From Octopus sinensis (taxonomy: Eukaryota), in the NCBI RefSeq assembly GCF_006345805.1, contig NC_042998.1:5704001-5768000 (forward strand): a stretch of 64,000 nt of DNA, in the 5' to 3' direction. The position numbers and the translations under genes are program-made. Positions 13,616 through 27,346 of the stretch are shown here, piece after piece; within the stretch, counting starts at the first letter, position 1; each line of letters begins with the position of its first letter. Below the pieces are notes generated by a model, which was not told the DNA's origin, did no database searches, and saw nothing but the letters and a program-made list of their open reading frames with translations.

Positions 13616-13937
13616 GGAGCACTCTGTCAGTTACAACGACGAGGGTCCCAGCTGATACGATCAATGGAACACCTTGCTCGTGAAATTAACGTGCAAGTGA
13701 CTGAGCAATCCACAGACATTTGTACCCTTAACGTAGTTCTCAGGGAGATTCAGCGTGACACAGAGTGTGACAAGGCTGACCCTTTGAAATACAGGTACTA
13801 CTCATTTTTGCCAGCTGAGTGGACTGGAGCGACATGAAATAAAGTGTCTTGCTCAAGGTCACAACACATAGCCAGGAATCAAACTCACGACCTTACAATC
13901 ATGAGCCGAATGCCCCTAACCACTAAGCCACGCACCT
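13616..13937 (-). mobile_element. SINE-C variant: core module P + tail Y
   Basis: tRNA-like head tggcttagtggttag; cttgagcaagacact..gctccagtccactcagctggcaaaaatgagta; tail gtcacgctgaat..gaactacgttaagggtac. Confidence 0.85.
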
Positions 13938-14010
13938 TACAACAGTAATATATTTCAGCCATTAAGTAACATGACCAGTCATCAGAGCCCCACAGTTTGG
14001 TTGAGTTTAA

Positions 14011-14229
14011 CCCTTTAGTGTTCAGATTATTCAATCAAACATAATGCCTATTGATTCCCATTGATTTGAATTAATCATGCATTATGTCATATCTTCAAGA
14101 TCTTGATGGTGTAATTACTTAATGTAAAATAATATTGTAGGGTAGGTGTGAGAGCCTGGATCTGGTCAGTTTGAGCATAAAACAGATTAACTATTTTGGA
14201 CGGATATGGCCGGTTTAAATACTAAAGGG
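14011..14229. mobile_element. piggyBac-type MITE (219 bp)
   Basis: TTAA-ccctttagt ... actaaaggg-TTAA. Confidence 0.75.
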
Positions 14230-15054
14230 TTAAGGGTCTACTGTACTATGCTAGTTCATAGCATGTTGGCACAAATTTGCTGTTGATGAAATGGACCCAA
14301 GTATTTAACTGGTAATTTATTTTATCAACCTTGGAAAGATAAAAAGGCACCATTGGCTTCAACAAGATTTGAACTCTTATATGTAAACTCAAAAGAAATA
14401 CCACAAGGTATGTTATCTGATGCTCTACTGATTCTGTCATTCCTTTATCCTTATCTCCAAACTGATTAGTCTTTCTTAATTGCTATTTTGGCTTGGAAAC
14501 TAATTTTGAAATAATTCTCATGTGTTTGTGTGCTTTGCATTTGTCTGTATCAGATAAATATATCACATGGAGGTGTTACCATTGGAAATATGTGCTTGAA
14601 AAAAAAAAGCATAGTTGCAGTTGTAAAGTTAGAATATTGATCTATTGCAAATAGTTTTACCTGTCTGAAGAACTGAACTCAATATTGGCAGCCAATGATA
14701 TCTATCTTAACTTCACTCTGCTCTTATATCTTACAACAGTCAATTATATCTTGCCTACTTGGGTACCCTTATTAGAAGTCTTATGCAGTCGCTCAACTTG
14801 CTAGAAATAGCTGCTAAATATCCTTTCAAATCCCTCTTTAATTGCCAAAGTAAACTCTGGTATACAAAAAGACTGGACTGATCCCATGCTGGGGGTATTA
14901 TCTAGAAGGGTTTTCTTGAACAAATAAACCCCAATATTTATATTTGTCTGGTACTCACTCTATCAGTGTCTTTTGCTGAATCACTAAGTTTTGGGGCTGT
15001 AAGCAAACCAGCATCAGTTGTCAAGCAGTGGGGTGGGACAAACACAAACAAGGC

Positions 15055-15100
<46 letters not shown>

Positions 15101-15561
15101 ACACACTCACACTCACACTCATACACACACACACACACTCACACTCATACACACACACACTCCTATTTATACATATCTATCTATATCTAACTGTTTAGCT
15201 ATCTATCTACATCATCATCAACATCATCATTTAATCTCCATTTTCCATGCTGGCATGGGTAGGATGGTTTGACAGGAGCTGGCAAGCCAAACAGCTACAC
15301 CAGGCTCCAATTGTCTGTTTTGATATGGTTTCTGTGGCCGGGTGCCCTTCCTAACACCAACCTCTTAACAGAGTGTACTGGGTACTTTTTATGTGCTTCC
15401 ACAAAGTTTCCATTCACCAAATCCACTCAGAAAGCATTAGTTGACCGAGAGCTATAATAGAAAACACTTGTCCAAGGTACCGCACAGTGGAACTGAACCC
15501 AAGACTACAGACTAGCAAAGTGAGCTTCTTAACCATACAACCTGCTCGCATCTATTACAAC

Positions 15562-15717
15562 CAGGGGTGGACAGAGCCATCAGTCATTCAAGCACTGCCT
15601 AAGGGTCTGGATCTCTGATGGGCCTGCACTCTACATGTTAACTTTCTTTGAAATCAATGCTAAGGGGCCCAGTGAACTGTTATGCCGAAGGCCTTTAATA
15701 TTCTCAGTCCACCCCTG
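15562..15717. mobile_element. hAT-type MITE (156 bp)
   Basis: TIRs caggggtggac and gtccacccctg. Perfect 8-bp TSD attacaac at 15554-15561 and 15718-15725. Confidence 0.85.
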
Positions 15718-15834
15718 ATTACAACCATTAACTAAAATTTCTAGCTTGAATCTATTCTGGGGCTATGTGAATAGGATTGCTTTCTGATGATGAACAGAGA
15801 TCCATTTTATCAAGGTATTAAGTACAAGGGGGAA

Positions 15835-16105
15835 AAGGCGGTGAGCTGGCAGAATCGTTAGCACGCCGGGCGAAATGCATAGCAGCATTTCATCTGCCTT
15901 TACATTCTAAGTTCAAATTCCGCCGAGGTCGACTTTGCCTTTCATCCTTTCGGGGTCGATAAATTAAGTACCAGTTACGCACTGGGGTCGATAAATTAAG
16001 TACCAGTTCCGCACTGGGGTCGATGTAATCGACTTAATCCGTTTGTCTGTCCTTGTTTGTCCCCTCTGTGTTTAGCCCCTTGTGAGTAGTAAAGAAATAG
16101 GTATT
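15835..16105 (+). mobile_element. SINE-B with an 18-bp TSD
   Basis: aggtattaagtacaaggg at 15813-15830 and 16099-16116; small internal duplication. Confidence 0.9.
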
Positions 16106-16299
16106 AAGTACAAGGGCAAAACAAAACGGAATGCAATTAAAAATTGCTTTACTTTCTGACTCCCCCTCATAAAAGTAAATTATTTTATTCTTTTACTTGT
16201 TGCAGTCATTAGACAAATATAAATATTGGGGTTTATGAAGAATTTTAGTTGAATAAATCAACCCTAGTACTGTTGTTATTATTATTTTTTTTTTTACTT

Positions 16300-16540
16300 G
16301 GTATTTATTTCTTTATTGTCTTTTGCTGAACAGCTAAATTTCGGGGATGTAAGCACACCAACACTGGATGTCAAGTGGTGGTGGGGGACAAGCACACACA
16401 CACATATATGATGGGCTTCTTTCAGTTTCCGTCTACCAAATCCACTAACAGGGCTTTGGTCAGCCCAAGGCTATAACCAAGGATACTTAACCAAGGTGCC
16501 ACACTGTGGTTGGGAAGCACACAGCCACTCCTGTGCCTAT
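16300..16540 (-). mobile_element. SINE-A, degraded
   Basis: Reverse body and head ending in acagccactcctgtgcc. Confidence 0.75.
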
Positions 16541-16684
16541 ACTTGAAATAATATGGATGGTTCAGGAACTTACATAATATCGTTGTGCAGGAGCCATGCT
16601 AATCTTCTCTGTATTGTTTAGTTTTAGTTTGCTGAGGCAAATATTAACAAAAAAGGGGAAAATGTTTTCATTTTTAAAAGAGGG

Positions 16685-17130
16685 TAGGAGTGGCTATGTG
16701 GTAAGTAACTTGCTTACCAACCACATGGTTCCAGGTTCAGTTCCACTACGTGGCACCTTGGGCAAATGTCTTCTACTATAGCCTCGGGCCAACCAAAGCC
16801 TTGTGAGTGGATTTGGTAGATGGAAACTGAAAGGTCATCGTATATATATATATATATATATAATATATATATATATATGTATGTGTGTGTATATGTTTGT
16901 GTGTCTGTGTCTGCCACCCCCACCCCCACCCCCAACATCGCTTGACAACCGATGCTGGTGTGTTTGTGTTCCCGTAACTTAGCAGTTCAGCAAAAGAGAC
17001 CGATAGAATAAGTACTAGGCTTACGAAGAATAAGTCCTGGGGTCGATTTGCTAGACTAAAGGCGATGCTCCAGCATGGCCACAGTCAAATGACTGAAACA
17101 AGTAAAAGAGTAAAAAAGAGTAAAAGAGTA
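16685..17130 (+). mobile_element. SINE-A
   Basis: Full head, body and tail with (aagagta)n end. Confidence 0.9.
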
Positions 17131-18544
17131 ATTCTTTCTACCAAAGTCACAAGGCTGGAAACTTATTCCATCAAGCCACAAAAGGATGAAAAGCAGAGTT
17201 GATCATGACGGAAGTTTGACTCAGAATGCAAAGCAGAGAAGAAATGTTGCCAAAGCAATTTTTTTGTCAGGTATTCTAATGATTCTGCCAGCTTGCCAGC
17301 ATAAGATAGGGTTAATAATCTGAGCAAATGATAACTCTATGTTAATAGAGACTGTTTGTTTATTGCTTTGATCTGTGGATATGTCATTAGACTAATATGA
17401 AGCAGTATGACACTAATCAAGAAATCATAGGCATTTCTAATCATTTTCTCTGCCATTTGTATTTATGTAACAGCTGGAGAGGAAGGATTGCCAATTCTAA
17501 TATTTTCCTTTTTTTCTCTCTGAGGTGGGGGGGGGGGTCTTAGCTCTCATTTCTGTTTAATTGTTTTGGGGGTACTTCTATTGTATTCATATTGGTATTT
17601 TGCGTTTTACTTTTTCGTTTCTGCTAGCTTTCATTAGTTTAGTTATTTCACTTGCATGGTTGGTGTTTGTTGCATTTCTTAATGTTGCCTTTCAGGAGTG
17701 TTTTTTTTTTTTTTTTTTTTTTAGATATGTCTTTAAATAATCTATTGATAATATATATATTTGCTAAGTTAGTCATTTGGAATGTGCTGAGATCAGTGAT
17801 CTCAAACTAATTTAATTTGGTTTCTTGTTGTAATAGTCTGTAGATGTGCACTTGTCTGTATCATTGACAAGGCAATCTGCTGAGAAAATAATAGCTAACA
17901 GGTGAAGGAAACGATATGACTGATTCAGAGAAAAGACTGGAGAAATTGGGAACAAAGAATGACATTGAAATTAGAACTATATTCAGAATTATGAACACTG
18001 CTGTGATTTGCGACAAACGAAAATAAAGGAAAATGAAGAAAAATAATCAAAGAATAATGAAAGGTAAGCAATAAGAAATATACAGATTATGTTGAAATTG
18101 ATTGTCAGATATTAGTGGTTAGATGGCTGAATATTCCTAGACAAGTGTACCGTTAATAATATTCTCAGGCAGAATGAATGTGGAAGAATGTGATTGTGAC
18201 AAAGCTGTACCATTGAAATGTAGGTATTTTCCAGTTGATGGGCCCCTATATCGTTTCTGTTTACCTGGTTTTGCTCACAATGTATGGGTCAGATCCAAGT
18301 GTGTAGAAAATGACATTTGCCTAAAGATGCCAGGCAGTGGGATCAAATTCAAGGCCTCGTGGCTGCAAAGTAAACTGCTACGTGCATATGCATATGCAAA
18401 AATGCATATATAATATACATACATTTACACATGTAAATATAATATGTGTGTAGGTACGTGTGTATGTGTGTGTGTTTGCATATGTAAATATTTCAGATTC
18501 AACAATAAAACAAATTATATATATATATATACATATATATATAT

Positions 18545-18955
18545 AGGCACAGGAGTGGCTGTGTGATAAGTAGCTTGCTTACCAAACACATGGTTTCAGG
18601 TTCAGTCCCACTGTGTGGCACCTTCAGCAAGTGTCTTCTACTATAGCCTCAGGCTGACCAAAGCCTTGTGAGTGGATTTGGTGGATGGAAACTGAAAGAA
18701 GCCCGTCGTACATGTCTGTGTGTGTGCATGTGTGTGAGTGTGTATATGTTTGTGTGTCTGTGTTTGTCCCCCTACATCGCTTGACAACTGATGCTGGTGT
18801 GTGTACGTCCTCATAACTTAGCAATTCAGCCCAGGAAACCGATGGAATAAGTACTAGGCTTACAAAGAATACGTCCTGGGATCGAATTGTTTGACTAAAG
18901 ATGGTGCATCAGCATGGCCACAGTCAAATGGCTGCAAAAAATAAAAGAATAAAAG
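18545..18955 (+). mobile_element. SINE-A
   Basis: Full head, body and tail; diverged. Confidence 0.85.
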
Positions 18956-18972
18956 GATATGTATATATATAC

Positions 18973-20170
18973 ATACACAAGGGAGTAGCCAAAAGAAACT
19001 GGAATTTTGCAAGATTATATTATTCACTCAGTTTTAAATGTTTACACTTTTATCACTTTGAAAGTATTCTCCATTTAAATCAATGCATCAGTTCAGATGC
19101 GTTTTCCACTGCTCGAAGCAGTCCTGGAAATGTTGTGAAGTGATGCCTTTTAACGCCTCCATCATATTTTTCTTCATTTCTTCCAAATCTGCAAAACATT
19201 CTCCTTGAAGGACTTTTTCTATTGGGAAGGACAAAAAACGTTGCAGGGAGCAAAATCAGGTGAATAGGGAGGGTGGATAAGTGGGGCCATGCCATTTTTG
19301 GTCAAAACTTGTCTCACACTTGAGGTGGTGTGCACAGGGACATTGTCATGATGAAGCCACCACTCACCACTTTGCTACTGGTCAGGGCGTTTTCATATTA
19401 CTGTGTCTCACAAATGCTTCAGAACTGCCTAGTAAAATGTCTGGTTAACAGTTTGACCAGGAGGGACAAATTCTGTGTGGACAATTCCTTTTGCACCGAT
19501 GAAACAAATCAGTATCATCTTAACTTTGGACGTTATTTGACGCACATTTTTGAGACATAGTGACATCAAATGCTTCCATTGACTTCACTGCTGCTTCTTT
19601 TCTGGGTTGTAGCCATAGCAACCAGCTTTCGTCACCAGTGATGACCTTCAAAAAAATGATCCAGTTCAACTTCCAACTGTTCTTTCAGTTCATGACACAC
19701 ATTCAATTGTGACTACTTTTGATCTTTTGTGAGTAAGTGAGGCTCAAATTTTGCTGCAATATTTTTCATTCACAATTCTTGGCTCAAAATTCATTGGCAG
19801 GAGCTCCAAGACACACCATTGTTTAGCGATGGTACCCCAAGATCAGTTCAAGAATCTTCATGATGTTTTCATTAGTTCAGAAGGTCAGCGGTTGCCCTGA
19901 ATGAAATTGGTCTTCAAGTGGCAAGTGACCATTTACTAAAGCATGAAAACCACTCGTAAACGTGTGTTTTGCTCATGTCAGCATCTTTGTAAGCTGTTTG
20001 AAGCTTGACAGCTGTTTCCGCCACCGTTTTTCCCTGCAGAGAATAGAATATATGACAGGCTTCTTTCTTGGAGCTAGTCAACAGCAGCATTCATCCTATT
20101 TTCCTGGAGTGCCATTTTAGCTTGGTGATAACAATTAATATCCAGTACTGCTGCCATAGTCTCCTTTAGA
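18973..20170 (-). mobile_element. Degraded mariner transposon
   Basis: Minus-strand HPPYSPDFAPC...FEQWK...CIDLNGEYF C-terminus. TIR-like ta-cacaagggagtagccaaaagaaactggaa at the left end. Right end is uncertain. Confidence 0.75.
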
Positions 20171-20217
20171 GAGAATTTGAAATAATTATATTCATATATA
20201 TATATATATATATATCA

Positions 20218-20617
20218 TCATCATCATCATCATCATCATAATTTAGCGTCTGTTTTCCATGCTAGCATGGGTTGGACGGTTCAATTGGGATCTGGGAAGC
20301 TAGAAGGCTGCATCAGGCCCAGTCTGATCTGGCAGTGTTTCTACGGCTGGATGCTCTTCCTAACGCCAACCACTCCGTGAGTGTAGTGGATGCTTTTTAC
20401 GTTCCACCGGCACAGGTGCCAGACGGCCACGGACGGATGGTGCTTTTTACGTGCCACCGGCACGGAGGCCAGTCGGGGCGGCGCTGGCAATGGCCACAAT
20501 CGGATGGTTCGCTTACTTGTCAACGGCACTGGTATCACAGCTGCAATTTCCATTGATGTTGATTGACTTCGATTTTGGTTCTGCTTTCTGATATCTGATT
20601 TGATTTGATTTGATTTT
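20218..20617 (-). mobile_element. Retroposon D with (GAT)n tail, possibly an RTE-type tail
   Basis: Minus strand reads ...ttaggaagagcatccagccgtagaaa...aacccatgctagcatggaaaacagacgctaaa-(gat)n. Related fragments at about 4385(+), 15210, 32390, 43320, 50040, 57135, 58990, 60535 and 62690. Confidence 0.75.
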
Positions 20618-20717
20618 NNNNNNNNNNNNNNNNNNNNNNNNNNNNNNNNNNNNNNNNNNNNNNNNNNNNNNNNNNNNNNNNNNNNNNNNNNNNNNNNNNN
20701 NNNNNNNNNNNNNNNNN
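20618..20717. other. Assembly gap (100 N)
   Basis: Run of N. The left flank (retroposon D) and right flank (SINE-A tail) do not join. Confidence 1.
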
Positions 20718-22894
20718 GATAGAATAAGTACTAGGCTTACAAAGAATAAGTCCTGGGGTCGATTTGATCGACTACAGGTGGTCACAGTCAAATAACTGAA
20801 ATGAGTAAAAGAATCAAAGAGAGTATTATTTCTATGTGTGTGTGTGTGTGTGCGTGTGTATGTGCACATACGCACACAATGCATCTCTGGTTAGGTTAAT
20901 GCCTCTATGTAAAAAAAGGTATATATGTGTATGTGTATGCATATGTGTCCATGTGCATGGACATGCCTGTATGCATGTGAGGTGTGTGTGTGTGTGTGTG
21001 CGTACCTGCAACTGGAAGCCAGTGGAGTGAGAGAGAGGAAACACTTTACAATCATTAGTTCATTAATAAACATGCAAGTCATCTGCAAGTGAATGGACCA
21101 AATTGCTTTGGTTCTGATGTGGCATCAAATTGAAGAACATTGTCTGATGCAGATGTCCCAGAAGACTATTTTGCCAGAGAATTTCCTGTCTAATAGACAC
21201 TTGCAGCCAAATGAAATTCAAATGAATAGTTTAGCAGTTGTGATCTTCAGAAGCAGAGATGTTGACGAAGAATTGAATATATCAAATAAGATTATTTATC
21301 TAGAAAATAAATTATTTAATCTTTACTTTTTTGTTTTTATTTCAATTCTTTGTACCATTCTAACAATATCATATCATATCTGATAATTTCATTTGTTTGA
21401 TATTATTTCTCTAGTTTTGATCTGCAAGGAGTTGAAATGTTCAAGGCATTTAATCTATTGATGTTGTCTTGTCTTGTAGCTTCCTGTGGGGGCAACTGGA
21501 GAAAATTTAAGTACCAGGAGAGAAGTGAAATGCAATGCAGTAGATGGTTAAGATGTTTCATTTAATGCAATGAATGCTGATAATTAGCGGGAAGATTACT
21601 GATAATGAGGCCAGGAGATGGAGATGACTAATTTTAATATCTAGAGAATGAGCTGGAAGAAAATTAAATACAGAGAAAAAGAGACTAAGAATGATAAACA
21701 GAGAGATAGTGAAGGAGAGAGAGAGAGTGGGGTAAAGTGAGTAAAAGAGAAAGAGTGGGGAAAAGTGAAGGAGAGAGAGAGAGAGATTATGAAAAATGAA
21801 GGAGCCAAATCTTGAGTGTGGTATGAAGAAAATTGAAATAAAACTTGATGGTTTTAGACTTATGTTGTATTTGTAGTATAGACTAGAACATAGAGTTTTC
21901 CACCAGTGACCCTTGCTATCATAGGCGCAAAGCCTAAATTTTGGGGGAATGGGGTAAGTTGATTATATCGACTGGTGTTTATTTTATTGACCCCAAAAGA
22001 ATGAAAGGTAAAGTCGACCTTGGTGGAATTTGAACTCAGTATGTTAAGATGGTTGAAATGCTACTAAGCATTTGGCCCGATGTGCATAGTATTTTCCAAA
22101 GAAATCTTCAGCGATTGTTCACTGGCTTCATAGCACTCATTTTAACGACCTAAGAAATAATGAATTGTCATGCAAATTAGTAAAAGGTAGGGAATAAAAA
22201 AAAAACAGTTTGAGTGATGACAAAAAGAGGTATTGGTGTAAAACGTAAACTCAGTGATACAGAAAGGATTTATGGGTATCATAGCTCCTTTTTTCAGAGG
22301 AAAAGAGAATCATTAACAGAAGTAAAAAAGAAAGTGTGAAGAGACAATTTGTATGGGTGATAGAGATTGTAGAGTGTTGGTGAGCAAGTCATTACCATCT
22401 GTACATTTGTACCCACACACACACACACAACAGATACATATATACGTATGTATGTGTTATATGTGTATATTTATGTATGTATGTATGTATGTGTGTGTGT
22501 ATGTATGTATGTCATTATTCAGTTTTATTTTAAGGTTTCTTGCCAATAGAGAAAGTGTCAGTCTCTATCCTATAGCCAAGGTTCCTTCATTGAAATTTCA
22601 ACAACATAACAGGGTATTTTTGTATGTATGTATGTATGTAGTGTAGATTTGTATGTATGTATGTATGTATGTATGTATGTATGTAGTGTAGATTTGTATG
22701 TTTTATTTTATGTACGTCTTCTCATACATAAACTTGCATATCTAGACATATTCATATATACTTAAGTGATAAACTTTTAGCAAGTTTTACAGATTTTTGC
22801 AGTTCCAGAGATAGACTGAATCTGTAGTCTTCGAATCAGCTTTCTCCTTTCTGTTTTGAGAAGCCTAATTTCTTAACATTGGTATTTATGTAAG

Positions 22895-22964
22895 TATATA
22901 TATGTATGCATATATGAATGAATGTATTTATGTATGTATGTATGTATGCATGAATGAATGTATG

Positions 22965-22998
<34 letters not shown>

Positions 22999-23323
22999 TG
23001 TATGTATGTATGTATGAATGAAAGTATGTAAGCATGTGTGTATGTATGCATGCATGTATGTATCATGTATGAATGAATGTATGTATGTATGTATGTATGT
23101 ATGCATGAATGAATGTATGTTGTATGTATGTATGTATGTATGTATGTATGTATGTATGAATGAAAGTATGTAAGCATGTGTGTATGTATGTATTATGAAT
23201 GAATGTATGTATGTATGTATGTATGTATGAATGAAAGTATGTAAGCATGTGTGTATGTATGTATTATGTATGAATGAATGTATGTATGTATTATGTATGT
23301 ATGTATGCATGAATGAATGTATG

Positions 23324-23357
<34 letters not shown>

Positions 23358-23690
23358 TGTATGTATGTATGTATGAATGAAAGTATGTAAGCATGTGTGT
23401 ATGTATGCATGCATGTATGTATCATGTATGAATGAATGTATGTATGTATGTATGTATGTATGCATGAATGAATGTATGTATGTATGTATGTATGTATGTA
23501 TGTATGTATGTATGTATGAATGAAAGTATGTAAGCATGTGTGTATGTATGTATTATGAATGAATGTATGTATGTATGTATGTATGTATGAATGAAAGTAT
23601 GTAAGCATGTGTGTATGTATGTATTATGTATGAATGAATGTATGTATGTATGTATGTATGTATGTGTATGTATGTATGTATCTATGCATG
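22895..23690. repeat. (TATG)n array with a ~360-bp higher-order duplication
   Basis: The marker aaagtatgtaagcatgtg occurs at 23021, 23163, 23234 and again at 23380, 23523, 23594. Confidence 0.9.
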
Positions 23691-24039
23691 CATAGCCACC
23701 AGATGACCTTCCCTTGGATCTTATTTACAATATTTTGGGGTCTGTAGCATCACCATCCAAGCTATGGAGGAAGTCTTTTGTTACAGAGGGTCAACTTTTG
23801 ACCAGAGCCAAAGTATTTTCAGACCCTGAAAATACTTTGACCAAAAATGATCCCCTGAGACTGGAAGCCTTAGAATTTGAATCGACATTAAGGAATTTCA
23901 TTGCAAATTCTGCAAGACTAGGGAGGCTGAGCTACAACATTAATTCCTTTAAATGAGCGGTTATTGTATTTTTGTGCTGTTAGACAAGATTGTATTGTCA
24001 TTCCCTCATTTGAAAACATTTCTGAGAATACTGTGTATA

Positions 24040-24190
24040 GAGGCAATGCAAGTTTGAGATTAGGTGCCAAGAAGGTTATGTATGGATGATGTCAAGAAAG
24101 AGTGAGGACTGGAATCACCTGCTTAGAAGTAAATGTGCTGAGGGTTGACAGCAGATAGGTCATTGATTTACTGAAAGGTGATTATGTGCA
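24040..24190 (+). mobile_element. Possible RTE 3' remnant
   Basis: Degraded PRRLCMDDVKKE...ADRS. Confidence 0.35.
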
Positions 24191-24312
24191 ATCCTGGGGC
24201 ACACAGGTGTTAAGAGAGAGTAAATGAGAACACGCAAGGGTGCTTACTGTTCTAGGATGATCTGATTACAACATTACAACACCTCAAAAATGAGAGACAC
24301 ATACATACTGTT

Positions 24313-24708
24313 TCTCTTTCACTCTTTTACTGGTTTCAGTCATTTGACTGTGGCCATGCTGGAACACCGCCTTTAATTGAGCAAATCGACACCAGGACTT
24401 ATTCTTTGTAAGTCGAACCATTAAGTTATGGGGACATAAACACACCAGCATCGGTTGTCAAGTGATGTTGAGGGGACAAACACAGACACACAAACATACA
24501 CACACACACAAACACACACATATATATATATATATATACATATATACGACGGGCTTCTTTCAGTTTCCGTCCACCAAATCCACTCACAAGGCTTTGGTCG
24601 GCCCGAGGCTATAGTAGAGGACACTTGCCCAAGGTGCCACACAGTGGGACTGAACCCAGAACCATGTGGTTGGTGAGCAAGCTACTTACCACACAGCCAC
24701 TCCTACGC
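24313..24708 (-). mobile_element. SINE-A
   Basis: Full reverse copy. Confidence 0.9.
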
Positions 24709-25144
24709 TATGTATATGATAATAAACTTATTCTATACAGTGTTCAAGTATACTACAACTCATCAGACAAAGTATCCAAAACTGCATGAACAGTATATAG
24801 AATATGCACAGGAAGTGAACAGTGAAAATTCTTAAAAGGAAAAAGAAATGGGGGAGGTGGGGCATCAAGTGTATTGCTGGCAAATTTCAGGAAGAATGGA
24901 AATTTTGAAGGATGTAGTGTCTCAACTGCTGACAACTGAGAGAGGTAATATATTCCATGCTTCCGCAATTCTTAGTGTGAAAAAATGTTTCCAAAAGTCA
25001 TGGGTGGTTTTAGAATTAATTTAACCCCTATTTTAGCACTTCTGTGCCCTCTGTTAATTTTGCCTTATTTATATACTACATACTGAACAGGAAATGGTAA
25101 TGCTGGCCAACAAAATGGGATCCACAACTATATGGCAAAAATGT

Positions 25145-25522
25145 GGCGCAGGAGTGGCTGTGTGGTAAGTAGTTTGCTAACCAACCACATGGTTCCGGTT
25201 TCAGTTCCACTGCGTGGCATCTTCGGCAAGTGTCTTCTGCTATAGACGGAAACTGAAAGAAGCCTGTCATATATATGTATATGTATATATATATACATAT
25301 ATATATGTATGTGTGTGTGTGTTTGTGTGTCTGTGTTTGTCCCCCTAGCATTGCTTGACAACCGATGCTGGTGTGTTTACGTCCCCGTCACTTAGCGGTT
25401 CGGCAAAAGAGACCGATAGAATAAGTACTGGGCTTACAAAGAATAAGTCCTGGGGTCGAGTTGCTCGACTAAAGGCGGTGCTCCAGCATGGCCGCAGTCA
25501 AATGACTGAAACAAGTAAAAGA
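25145..25522 (+). mobile_element. SINE-A with a small internal deletion
   Basis: Head, body and tail present. Confidence 0.9.
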
Positions 25523-26964
25523 AAAAAAAATGTGAAAGATTTGTGCAGAAATTTCTAATTTTACAATGTGATAATAATACAAATACAAAATTGTCAAAGA
25601 ATGAAATTCAGTACAAATTCTTTCTATGAATCAATGAAAGAATCTTCTCATAATAAAATGTGATGATGTATAAGACAATGAGGGAAAGTCACTTTACATC
25701 TTTCTTTCTGCAAAAAATAGCAACAAAATCTCACTCAGGAATTACTTTTCTATCTTAAACCTTTCATTACTATATTTCTGTTGAAAAAAACTGTTTTGTT
25801 TCAATTAATTTTGAAAATAATACCAAATATATTAGAATAATTTGGTCATTATTAAGCTGGTATTTGGAACAAGAATCAACATGGAGATTTGAAAGAAGAT
25901 GCTAATTTAGATCACTGTATTACAAGTTTTAAAATCATAATATCAGAATTGGTCTCAGGTGGATTGTCAGAGAAAGTATTAAAGAAGTCAGGAACCATAG
26001 TTTAATGTAATTCTAGATTCTTTTCGTATGAAAAAAATTATAGGAGTGTTATGACTAGAACACAATTGATGACAGGCTGGACTTCTTGACTGAAACTTGC
26101 CCGGGGTTAAATGAAAACAATACTTTGACAACAAAAGAAAAATCGTACAAATAATGCAAACCTTGTTATTGCAAACTAATTGAAAAATGTATGTGAAGAT
26201 TGGTATCAGCTGGTAAGTCAAAGAATCTGTGCTGCAAACACGTTAGTCACAAAAGAAAATTTGATAATTCCTTAATACTTTTTCATATTCCATCATTTCA
26301 ACAGAAAGAAACAAAATAAATAAAAGAAAGATGTTTCAATCCTGAATGAAATTACCAATGAAAAGATTGAAACAGGTGAGAAAAAAGAGATATACAAAAA
26401 TAATAAATAAAGAAGTAAAAGAAATCAAATCAAAGTTGGAAAGAAACATTTGATTGTTATATTACAAAAAGAAACCATTATTATCAAAAGTGACTGATTT
26501 TTTTTTTTCCTTTTAAGAAAACAAATGGTTCAATCCTAATCCGAAATAATTTTTAAAAACCCCTTAAGTAAAAATGAAACAGGAACTAAGGCAATGCCAA
26601 CAGCATGAGAAATAAAAGATTTATTTTGGAGAAGAGTGTGGACAGCTGGTAAAATGCCCCTGGCAAGAATATTCAAAAGCAGCATTTGAAGTGCAGCATT
26701 TGAACAACTGTATGAAGAAATAACTCAAGGAAGAGCTCATATAATACAAAATATGAACAATTAGAAAACACCTGAAAATGTTAATGTTACAAAACTGCTA
26801 TGTAAAAATAGAAGTGCTTCCAAAAATATTAAATGGTCTTCTGAGAAAGTGAGAAACAACACCGAAATAGCTCACTGATGGAAATAATCTTGTAATACTG
26901 TCCCTACGACTGATGAAACAAAAAGTCTTAAGACCCACATTCCCATAAACAGTATGTGGGTAGT

Positions 26965-27346
26965 GGAGGCGCAATGGCCCAGTGGTTAGGGCAGCGGACT
27001 CGCGGTCATAGGATCACGGTTTCGATTCCCAGACCGGGCATTGTGAGTGTTTATTGAGCGAAAACACCTAAAGCTCCACGAGGCTCCGGCAGGGGATGGT
27101 GGTGATCCCTGCTGTACTCTTTCATCACAACTTTCTCTCACTCTTACTTCCTCTTTCTGCTGTACCTGCATTTCAAAGGGCCGGCCTTGTCACTCTCTGT
27201 GTCACGCTGAATATCCCCGAGAACTACGTTAAGGGTACACGTGTCTGTGGAGTGCTCAGCCACTTACACGTTAATTTCACGAGCAGGCTGTTCCGTTGAT
27301 TCAGATCAACCGGAACCCTCATCATTGTAACCGATGGAGTGCTTCC
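26965..27346 (+). mobile_element. SINE-C variant: body X + tail Y
   Basis: Head tggcccagtggttag..gtttcgattcc; body aaacacctaaagctcc..caactttctctcactc; tail Y. Confidence 0.85.

Noticed and set aside
17900-18070. Exon ending at the strong donor AAG|GTAAGC
   Set aside because: All frames hit stops before the donor; A-rich, probably decayed repeat.
20560-20820. Apparent chimera of retroposon D and a SINE-A tail (ORFs spanning X residues)
   Set aside because: The junction is an assembly gap of unknown true size.
26965-27040. tRNA genes at SINE heads
   Set aside because: A and B boxes are present, but each continues into a SINE body and tail, and the cloverleaf is imperfect. Treated as tRNA-derived heads.
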